The notes under the pieces were generated by a model. It saw only the letters and a program-made list of their open reading frames with translations. It was not told where the DNA came from and did no database searches. Below, piece after piece: positions 28,274-39,486 of a stretch of 64,000 nt of DNA (positions within the stretch are counted from its first letter, which is position 1; each line of letters begins with the position of its first letter). This DNA comes from Chlorokybus atmophyticus (Eukaryota; Plantae; Mesostigma and Chlorokybus algae), in assembly GCA_009103225.1 (NCBI GenBank), contig RHPI01000772.1:623312-687311 (forward strand), given 5' to 3'. The position numbers were made by a program, and so were the translations under genes.

Positions 28274-28333
28274 TACTGAATGCCTAAGGAAATGACCCGA
28301 ATTAATTCGGGTCATTTCCTTAGGCATTCAGTA
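28274..28333. repeat. Perfect 60-bp palindrome with no spacer
   Basis: TACTGAATGCCTAAGGAAATGACCCGAATT followed immediately by its exact reverse complement. Confidence 0.97.
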
Positions 28334-30031
28334 GCAAGAATCTGGTTGCAACAAAACCCACCACAAACCACTCTTTAGTGTTAATTTTAAAGTTTTAAAG
28401 TAAAATCGTGTCAGAGCGCACTTTGAATGCATTTGGCGGGTCGATACTTCATTGATCAAGCGAAGAGTTTATGATTGAATGCGTCCCGTTAATGGTTGCT
28501 AAGCTCAACTTTCAAGCTATTATACTTTTTGCATAAGATTCATCGCTTGTAGACATCACAAGTTGTAAAGGTGTTCAGTTTTAAGCATCATGCCAGTGTC
28601 CGCTTCAACCTACAATTGCCTAATAACCAACGCTTAACCGCATTGTGCCGCTATGCACTGTCTTGTACATCACGTCGAACGGACAAACGTACATGCACGC
28701 ACCCATTGGCACTAGCACTGGATGTGGCCACGGCCACGATGCTAACTATTGGTGTTAATAAGGGACCGCTGCATGTTATATGCGCAATTGTACATATAAT
28801 CACTTGCAATTGTAACATGTCCGGATGGATGTTTGCGCACGCATATGCGTGCGCAAATATCAAGCATTGATGCCAATAGCTGCACGTGCTGTATGACCGT
28901 AATTGCATGCTACACTGCAGGCAGTGCACACCATTACGCTATAATCAGAATTTGCAATGTCAAGCCACATGCTTTTCTCCAGTTTAAAATACATGTGTGT
29001 GCTTTACTGACGTACGTCAATACTTATGAGCTTCTTGCCCACGATAGGATGACGCACTTAGCCGTTACTCCACACATGAGCTGTCACTATTAAATGGCCG
29101 CACTAGCGATCTCACAGCGATCGCTTCGAGAAATAGGTGTTTGGTATTGTAAGGCAAATATGACATCATAATCAGTTCGCTTAGATGGTAATGTGACATG
29201 AGAGACACCTTGAATAGTATATTTGAGGAAATAGACGAGTTAGTTGGCTATTTAATCATTTACTGTGGAGTGATTGAGAGATGTCTCGAGATGTGCCGCA
29301 TCGGGCAACATTAACAAGGTGACTTGCAGAACTCACACTTGCAAAGGTACACCGGAAACTATCCTCAATGCTAGCGAGTAGTTTGTATTCACAGAAGACG
29401 GGGTATTAAACCACGTTTCCATAACTATACGCCTCATGCATGCTGTACGGCTTGAAAAAGGAGTTGGGCAGCAGGTAGTAGAAGTTGCGCTAACAAGGCC
29501 AACAAAAATTGTGACAGTGGTGTGCTTTTTGCGCGCATGACTGTGCGTACCGGAGTGTTTGTGTGCGTGCTTGCCAGGCCTTGGGGCAAGTACCGATACA
29601 CGATGTTATGCATGGGTGTCTTATGTCTGTGTAATTCAACATGCTCACATGGGTGCTTCTTTTGCAATAGGCGCTACGTGCTAGCACAGCTGAGCGCCGG
29701 CAACAAAATTGTCTTGCAAGAGGAGGTTAATAGCATTCTAGATGATCTATTTGAATTAATACTCACAAGCGCAGCACACTTATGCCTTTGCTTTGCCTTT
29801 CGGTTTGGCATGCTGTGGAGCTGCGTGTCAGCTTCTACAGCACATTATAGAGCGCGAATATGTGTGAGCCCCTGCATTGCCAACAGTGTGGCTGATTGAC
29901 ATATTGTAACGCCATACCAGAGAGGTTCTCTGCTTGCGTTTGCAAAATGTCTTCTGCTCTTGATGTCCAACCAGCTGAGGTGGTCTCGAATGCTGGAATG
30001 TTATATGAGGTTATGCTGCATCCAGCGCATG

Positions 30032-31010
30032 TGTAATGATACCACTCACTTACTTTCTGTACGGCTTGGCAAACTTATGCACAAGCACAAGGACTTACTT
30101 TCGGAAGCCCGACCAGCAACACACGGTGCAGTACCTTGAAGGGAAGTCACAGCACCGCACCAAGGAAGGAGAGGATGCCACCAACCTCTCTACTCAGCTC
30201 CCACACACATGCACACTCAAGCACACCCCACACACATGTGCAGAGCTGCCACAAGCATCACACCCCCACATGGGATGAGAGGGAGAGCCCCTTGAACAAC
30301 TAAACTAGGAACCCCACACACTAGAGTCGGGTATGCACATGATGAGCCCCTTGAACACTTGTTGAGGCCGTTCATACACCCCCTCTTTGCTGCTCTCCAA
30401 CCTAGAACATCCAAGTCCAAGGCTACTTGCCTTGTCATGGCTGCGTTGACCACAACTCATGTCTAGGGCTGCCACATCAGCCCTTGGACCTCTTGTTTAA
30501 TGTCCAAGACTGATCACACATCAGCCTCGGACATTGTGAACGTCCTTGGCTGGTCACATCAGCCTTGGACATCACAAACATCACCCTTGGGCAATGTGAA
30601 CGTCCTTGGCTGGTCATATCAGCCTAGGACATCACACACATGCATACATATGTGCGCATATGCACACATATGCGCATGCATGCATACACACGCATACATC
30701 TAGTACGTACCTCATGTCCTCACATATGCACTCATATGCGGACATATGCACATGCAAACATATGCACACACATGCGGACACATGGCTCACGTGGCCATGT
30801 CTTAATGGTACCGACCAGCTCTGTGCGTTCTGATATGCAATACCTTGTGTAGTTTATCTCACTCAAGGCCTCATAGGCTCAAGAGCAGACCACGTCAGAG
30901 CCACCCCACAGGCACTACACATGCTTATGACATGGAAAACGCACCCGGTCTCATCTTACTTATATAAGTAAGGAACAGAGAATGACTTAGCCAGCATTAT
31001 ATGTGTGACA
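30032..31010. mobile_element. Solo LTR, copy A (979 bp), with 5-bp TSD GCATG
   Basis: Starts TGTAA and ends TGACA. GCATG lies at 30027-30031 and 31011-31015. Collinear and highly similar to 51647-52631. Confidence 0.92.
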
Positions 31011-33122
31011 GCATGTGCTCCGCTTCACACAAGTCTTTGGCAAATCCACCAATGCACCTTATGCTGAAACTTGCGACGGCACATATGACCACCCTATGGC
31101 TGAGCCCGCAAGGCTTGACTCTCCAAGAAGTGTTCATGGATAAGATTGCGAACTGCCCATATAGGCAATTCGCAACCTTAGACATCTTTGTGTTACATGT
31201 TACAGCTGTCCCTCATGCACAAATAACAAATTGCACAATGCAGAGCAACTTGTTGTCATGTGAAGCCTGAGCTAAGATTTGAGCAGTCACACAACATCTA
31301 CACAATGCCATTGTAAACCAATTGCTTGATATACAACAGTAAGCTCAGCCTACAGCCAACAGAGATACTAGCATGACTGCATGTGTACAATACAACCATG
31401 TGCAGAACTGTATTGCAATGAGTTCTCAAGTGCTGCCGCCATGCAACAGCAGAGGTGCTGGCCGCTTATATATAGTACCTGCTATTAACGATACACCTCT
31501 TGTCATGCAACATTGCAGCGCTCTTCTTGCTGACCACTCCGTATTGTAAATCTCTCAAGTACAATACCGGCAACATCCACCCTTTGACAATGTCCAGCTC
31601 GCAATGCATGTAGGTAATGTCATCCATGTGGGCATCCATGACTTGGCTTATGTACAGAACCCCTTTGCGAAAACACACATGTGTGTGTCATCATGATCCA
31701 TAGCTTGCCACCAATGGTATTTTGCGGGGAGTTGCAATTGCAGATGACAAGGCCCAGTGCTCTTGCCCGTTAACGTGCAGCGATGCTCCGTGGTTGCAAC
31801 ACTGCACCAGGAACTTGCACGTGCACGATGATGACGACTGTTGTAAGGTTGGTGGAACTGTCATTGTTGGTGAGGCGTTTACAGTCTACCGGCAGCTGCG
31901 GCAAAGATGCCGTGGCCCTCGCAATACCGGCAGCAGCATACCATGCCTGAGAGTGCACAAAGTCGCAAACAAAGATGCATAAGCAACATCAGGTGAAGAC
32001 GCATGGCTGCAGAAAACAAAGAGCACCACCTATACGTGCACCGAGAACCAGCTACAGCCTTGGCTAATTCACACACATGCTTCATATCAACGTGGCTATT
32101 ACCAGGGTTGCAACGCAAGCAAAGTGCAATCAACTTGTGCACACCCACGCACCCACATGCGCACACTGCTTTGCCAAACCAAGTGCTTACGTATCTGCAA
32201 TGAAAGGCAACTGTACTACACCTATATCTGGCAAGTGTACTTGCTTTGCGCGTGATGGACGCGTGCATTGCTGAAACTAGATGAAGGCAATGATACGGCC
32301 GCCAATGCGGATATCGGCATGGCGCTCCACCACCTCGCTACTTATCCGCAGGCGGTCACGTGGCACTGTCTCATAATAATCAAATGATGCAAACTTGGCG
32401 CGGTACATGTTATTTAATAGCGCCATGACTTTATTAATACTCCACCAGGCGCCACCATTTTGAAGGTCCCACAAACGAGGGAGAAGCTCGTGCGGCGGGA
32501 TGGATTCATTGCAAGCGTTCAATGCAAAGCCCTCAGGTGAAGTTGGCAAATACTGTATGTTATAGCTGTCGCCGTTGCCGCGCAAATTTTTGACCAGTTT
32601 CCTTCTCTTATTGTTACCTTTGCCTCTGTTTTCTGTACAACCAACACCATCTAGCTGTCTTGCATCCGCCTCCTTTTGCAGGATCGCTTGTGCACAACAA
32701 CGCAACTTAAGCAGACAAACGACCTGAACGCTTTGCACACCATTTGCACACACACTAGCAGCCTAAAGGCACCAACGTACAACATGCGTATGCACATACG
32801 CCCAATTACATTGCAGAAGTCAATTTAAAATCTTTACCTGTACGGCTTTGGGCACGCTTCCTGACGCTGCGTGCTGAAGGCATGTTTATGAGAGACTATG
32901 GGAAGAGGATTGCTTTATGTTGTCCGAGTTTTCGGTGCCTTGTTTTGTTGGCATTTATTATACCCTAATGCCTTGAGCGCGCGCTTACGAGTATTATAGT
33001 AATCAATTCTGACTGGCGACGAGTGCTTCAACTCATTCAAAGGCCTTACCGCAACCCATGTGAAGTCAACTCGTCCCAGTATACGCCAGGCCTTTCGGGT
33101 GGACCCTCTTACAGACATTAGT

Positions 33123-33359
<237 letters not shown>

Positions 33360-34379
33360 GGAGAGGATACCCTTGAAATTCAGCTACGTGAGCAATGTGG
33401 TTCAGTTTGCAATCTGCGCAGAGTTTGAACTCGCTCTTAGCTTTATCAATAACAAGTGCAGTAATTTTGGGGTTGGCAAATCGCCCAAAGACATGGTTAA
33501 ACAAGTGAGTAGCATGTAGCATTTTTCCTTCCACCCGTTGTAGCGGTACACGTACACGCCAGAGTACTTCTTTGCCAATTCTGCATAAGCATGCGCCGTA
33601 CGTTACAAACTGTGTTTACAAGGCACTGTAAGCATTGCCGGTAAACACAGCATGCGTCAACGACATAATGGCAACAACAATGAGCACAAGCAGCACCGTC
33701 GAGTGTGTCTGCGGGAGACAATGGGACTATTGCGCCGTCACCAACATCTCCTCACCAACAGCTGTATACATCAAGCAAACATGTGAGGTCATTCTACAGC
33801 AGCTCGCGGCTACGCAGGAAAGATGGCATTACTTCACTGCTTGCACAGACCCCTCCCCCCCCCATGGAGTCTACTATAACGGAATGTANCACACCAATGC
33901 ATCGATGCATCCTCAGACGAAGCCCTTGCCTACCGATATCTGCCACATCTTGCGTACCACAACTTGACCGCCGTTTGATGCCTTGCCGCTGTAGCACGCT
34001 GGCATCCAACACACCTTGTGCTGGTGTGGTGTTCACTCTCTCAATCTCTTTTGAACCTTGTGACATGATGGTGCTCTTGTCTCTGATTGCTCCTTAAGCC
34101 AATGTTGCTAATGTTATTGTTGCGTCCCCTTTTTCCAAAGACTGTGCCACAATTGACTATGACACATAGCAAGCGTGCGGCCACAAAAGCGACCACTATG
34201 CGCACACACGCACACCACGCGCCCAGCATTGCATAATACCCATATAACATACAAGTAATCACATGCCTGCACGTGCGCCACAGCCAAAGCTGCTTCGCCC
34301 GCAACACAATGCAGTGCGCATGGTGGCATCTTTCACCACACATGGGGTATCGCAAGTGCTCCTCAGTAGAGTCAAGGGG

Positions 34380-35116
34380 ATATAACTTGTGGCTCAGCGT
34401 GCTGGCTTGCTTTTCGTCCTCAAGACGTGCACGGTTTGCAACAATTGCTGCAACATGCAAGTACAAGCGCATCCATGATTCGCCTTCAAGTTGTTCCTTG
34501 ACAAGCATGTGTGCACACAACCACATGCTTACCTTCTCATTGTTAAATCTTGTCTTGTTGCATTTGCCATGTACGCTCACGTAGTACTTGCTGCCGTGCG
34601 TTGTTTTAAGGTCGTACACGTACACTCTTTTGTACTTGCTGCGTCAACGACTTTCCCAACAAATCTCGAAACACACACACGCACACACGCACCGATGATA
34701 TAGGAGGTGGTGGTGGTGCTGCTGCTGCCGGTCTCATTACAGTCGATGTGACAACACGCTCACACTTCTCTTTTCGACTTTTCGCACATTGTTACAACAT
34801 GACAATTGCATTAAGATGCTGCACGAAAAGACACCCGCACAACTAAAACCGCACAATGACTTGCACACTCACCTTTTGTTGCAATGGGTGACTCCAGTTG
34901 AAGGTCATTAACCCCATCAATATCCAAGTCATCGGGGTACACGATTTGATTGGTCGCTCTTAAAACACGAAACTGCATAGTAGCGATGTAAATAGTCTTA
35001 GCTGCGTCTTTTGCGCTAGCATACATCCCAAGATAATGATTCTTGGGTTTCACCCACAATGACGCGTGGAACTTGCTGCAAAAGGGCATATAAACGACGT
35101 CATGGTATTACTTGCT
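34380..35116 (-). pseudogene. Degenerate AP2-domain-containing gene fragment
   Basis: RSK*YHDVVYMPFCSKFHASLWVKPKNHYLGMYASAKDAAKTIYIATMQFRVLRATNQIVYP resembles an AP2/ERF domain, with an in-frame TAA at 35110-35108. A second, weaker AP2-like segment RSKYKRVYVYDLK...SKYYVSVHGK lies at 34643-34533, followed by a GTAAG donor. Confidence 0.6.
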
Positions 35117-35550
35117 CCGCACTGTTGACGTTATAACTTACTTGACGAGTCATTAAACAGATGTCAGCGACCAGACAGCAAATCCTAGTACAACAACTAG
35201 CAGCACCATGCAATTGCCCGAAGCTGGCGCTTTCTATGTTGCGTGGTTTCAAGACGTAATGTCGTTTGCATCTTCCATGGTGGCCGCTGTTCTCACATAT
35301 ATATGTCGCTCTGCAGCCAGAAGAACTAATTAACACTATGTGTAATGGTCGTTAGCACTGTAAAGCAGAGAACAAATTCATGCCATTGACTTTTCAAGCT
35401 CATACGATTTGTCCATCCTGTTCGACAAGTTAGCGGACATAATCAAGCATAAAGGCATGTTTATGAAACACAAAGAACAAGCATTGCTCCTTAAGCATAA
35501 TGAGTGCTTGGAAATGAACAAACTCAGCATATTCTTTCCCAGAAGAGGGG

Positions 35551-35699
35551 NNNNNNNNNNNNNNNNNNNNNNNNNNNNNNNNNNNNNNNNNNNNNNNNNN
35601 NNNNNNNNNNNNNNNNNNNNNNNNNNNNNNNNNNNNNNNNNNNNNNNNNNNNNNNNNNNNNNNNNNNNNNNNNNNNNNNNNNNNNNNNNNNNNNNNNNN
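35551..35699. other. Assembly gap (149 N) flanked by G runs
   Basis: Run of N. Confidence 1.
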
Positions 35700-38506
35700 G
35701 GGGGGGAGGGGGGGGCTCATGCATTACAACATGTGCATCGCAGTATGTCAGAAAGCAAGCGCAGCTGTGCAGTAGGCATGGTAAGAGGATTTGACTTCTA
35801 ACACGGTGTTGTTGCAACATGTTTGTTGCTGTCAACGACTTCTTTTGCAGGGCTACGTGTTAGCTATAAGCTGCCACATGCATGTTCAGCTCCACTTAAT
35901 TAAAATCACTCAACAAAGCGACAAGCAAACAGAAGTGCAAGCTGAAGATATATATAGCTCTGGTGGCTATTAGCTGTCAGTGTTGTTATAATCCTCCGTT
36001 CAAGCACATGTCACCTCCGCACACTCACACACACGCTAACAGTTTTGAGCTAGTAAGCGCTGGCTCACCTGCAAAGGGGTCGTAGCAAGCTCAACTCGCT
36101 AAGCTTTCAGCGGCGTCTCCTCCTGCCCCTCGTCGTCCTCCTCTTGCACCCGCCCGCTGTCGGGCCTGGCAGGGTCGTGTGCCCCTTCAGGTCGCTCCCA
36201 ACCGTATTGCCATGATGGGGAATGAGGCCAGCCTCGTGGGCTGTTGGTTGCGTAGCTGCACAGTGCAAAGGCAAAAAATACCCCCCCGCCTGTACCTACT
36301 TGTGGGGGAAACACATGAGAGGCTGACGACAGGTGATACGATGCGGTGCTGTGCGCTCCGAGTGATGAAATTGCGTTGCTGATAATGCTAACAAGAGCAA
36401 GTCGACAAGCCACTACTAGAGGTAGTGCTGCTTATACAGTTCCTTGAATGAGGTCAAGGTAATTCCACTATTAAGTGAGGTGTACGAATGCGGCATCTTG
36501 TGAATACCACACTCTAATGCGGACTACACAACGTGCACCCACACAACCACAATCACATCAAGTGACAAGCAATACACGTGTGCATACACTGCCTTCGCTC
36601 ACATGTAGAGTTGTGTTGGCCGGGGCGGTGAGGTGATGCAGTCACATCAAACCACAACCTTCAGAGAGCAAGTCCCGAGCACTCCGAAGATCAACATCCG
36701 CACTTCTCAGTTCCAAGTCTTTCAGTTCTCACTTACATAGTTATCAGCGTACAGAGACTAAGTTCTAAGCCTTTATAGTCAAGTGGCAACTGTTCATTTC
36801 TAAGATAACGGCTAGTTTACGAAATGACCTAGATCAAGCCTAAGTCAAACTCGTAACTAATCAGCTAGTACAGCTGGTATTAGGTACCTACGACAACTGA
36901 TGGACAACTGCTTCGTGTCGCGTGGGACTCATGGCGTGTTGCGCGATCCAAAGGGACAACTCGTGAACAGAGTTGTCTCAAAAATTACAAATATTTTTCA
37001 ATCTACAAACAACACAAATTGAAACTCGGTAAGCTACACTATAATTAAAAAAATCTATAAATCACACGAGATTGAAAACAACCAAATGTACACCTGTTGT
37101 TTTTTATCTTGACATGATTCGTCTGTTATCTAAACAACACGTACTGCGTGTTGGAAAACCTTTGCCATCGCGACCGTATTATGTTTCATGTTTTTCCCAT
37201 GATTTTTAAATTACACACTGTATGTGGTGTCAAACATTTCAAAACTGCATCATATCCTGTTGGTATACTGTGTGCTCGTGGTTAAATTGAACACTTGCGT
37301 ATTATGAAGCTTTTTAAACAATGTGATCACAACGTCTTATTTACTTGAAGCACTTTGATACTTTTGATGGTACACACAATTGATCGTACCGCGTGGTTAT
37401 ACGTAGCTTGTTGACCTTGCGTGTAACACACCAATTGTTATTGTTTTAACGAGCGGGGCGGTTGATTGGGCTGGGCGGCCGGTATTAAGGCACACGCAAA
37501 CCTCACCCCCAATGGCATCACATGCGGCACCCGCGACTGCCGGGTTGCGCGGCCCGCATGCCGCTCATTCGCTAGGCGGCGTTTATCATCTATCAGCCGT
37601 TCGCTGCAAGCTGCAAGATATAGATCTCGACCGTTAAAAGCACATCCCCACTTAATGCAACCGCTCAAATTATATGCAAATTAATATTAATAATGAGCAC
37701 AATGTGCACCATGCACATGCCGGCATATTGTTGCATATGGCCCATGTGATTTGAGATGTAGCACTTATTTAAGGTGGCAAAACAATATCTCTGATGTGTT
37801 GCAATATGAAGCACATATGCTACAATATGAAGCACATATGAAGCAATATGGTGCGATATGGCTAGCAACCTGCAGTTAAGTGTTATAAAGCTTGGTATTC
37901 AGCATACGTTCACGCCACGGTACGTGCTGTGATATTTAGTTAGTAATACTGAGGTTACAACCATCAAAATATTGCTAACCTGAATCCACAATGGTAAGAT
38001 TTAATTAAACGAACAAATGCATCGTTAGGCCACCATTTGGTCACGCATGAAATTGATCAAATGGGATCGCAACGGTGACAACAGCCGTTGCTAAAAAAGG
38101 CAGCGAAATGGCCAATCATTGCAGAGATGCGTACAAGATGCTGAAAACTATCTCAGCGGCAACTGCTTACCAACGGCGACTCAAAATCGCTAGGATTCGG
38201 TGCAATTGCAGCAAAGTTAGTGGTTAAAACGGCCATGTTTTTTGCGGTACAAGGTCGGGGCAGGCCCCATACCCCAAAGACATGCCGCCATTACTCACCC
38301 TCGTTCTAACTAATCCACTCTACTATGTAACGCTAATTGATTACACGCTATAGTTACTGTGTCATCAAACATGGTCAACAGCCAACTTATAATGCTTGTC
38401 ACACAATGTGCTAGGGTGATTGTTGCTATTATTCATTGCTGTTGACAAGTGGACCTTCACGCAACATTGTCACGCATACGGTAGCGTTATTGTGTGCCGC
38501 ACGCGG

Positions 38507-38677
38507 CGTGTTGAGAAAATTTTGCCAACTACAAGCTCGACGCGCAATGAAACGCTTTCGGCCACTGCAGCAGCAAAGAGAAGAGCTACAATGCTACTCC
38601 CCCAAGAGCATCGCGGGTTTCGAACGCACGACCGGTAAGGTGCAAAGCGACGCGCTAACCGACTGAGCTATACAAGC
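38507..38677 (-). mobile_element. tRNA-derived SINE-like element, copy 1
   Basis: Minus strand GCTTGTATAGCTCAGTCGGTTAGCGCG...GTGCGTTCGAAACCCGCG has Pol III A- and B-boxes but no acceptor or anticodon stem pairing. Its non-tRNA body is shared with 39332-39486. Confidence 0.75.
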
Positions 38678-39331
38678 AAAACGTTTGCAACACAATTCTT
38701 ATAAGGTTATGGCTTTATTACGCTACCGAAGCAAATACCGTTCATCCCCAAAAGTTGGGCCGAGTGCTGTGCGCCAAGAAAAGGCGCCCGGGAGACTCTG
38801 ACGGTGTAAATACGGTACTAAAAGCATTACCGGTACACATGGAACGGAAAACGGCAATCATTAGTCTAATCTAACGTGCACTATATAGAGCGTATATATA
38901 TACATTATATATATATGGAAATATATATGTATATATATTAATACCATACATATTGATACCATACATAGTGATGTATGGGTGTATGTGGATATGTATATAC
39001 ACATGCATTGATATCTGCATTTTTGTTAATACACATGCGATTGACATCTACGAGAACATTATGCTCTTAGAGCGCCAATAACATTTACCCCGCTATGAGC
39101 ATAAGACGGCGAAGGAGAAACAGCATGCTCTTCGCGGGGGTAGACTGTTGGCCTACCTAGCAACCACTGGCTACAAATCGCAATACATCAACACAAGTAT
39201 CACTTTCGGCCGTCAGCACGCCATTTTGCCATGAGTATAGGCATAGGCCCTGTGCTTGTATGCGGCTGTTGTCTGTGCTTGTGCGCAGTGGTTGAGAATA
39301 TATTTTATATAGGAGCTATAAGTTATTGAAT

Positions 39332-39486
39332 GAGCTCTGTGGCCTAGTCGATAGCACGCTGGTCTCTAACCCACCGGTCATGCATTCGAAACCCGCGGTA
39401 CTACAGTGGTAGCCTTTGTCATAAAATGGCCGGAAGCGGCTCATTGCGCGCCAAGCTAGCAGTTGGCAAAATTTTTCTAACACGTC
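39332..39486 (+). mobile_element. tRNA-derived SINE-like element, copy 2
   Basis: TGGCCTAGTCGATAGC (A-box-like) and ATTCGAAACCC (degenerate B-box), then TGGCCGGAAGCGGCTCATTGCGCGCCAAGCTAGCAGTTGGCAAAATTTTTCTAACACG, matching the copy 1 body. Confidence 0.7.

Noticed and set aside
36071-36250. GC-rich exon-like segment on the minus strand
   Set aside because: All three frames are stopped, and no recognisable domain or partner exons were found.
38605-38677. Functional tRNA gene
   Set aside because: A- and B-boxes are present but the acceptor and anticodon stems do not pair, and it continues into a body shared with a second copy, so SINE-like.
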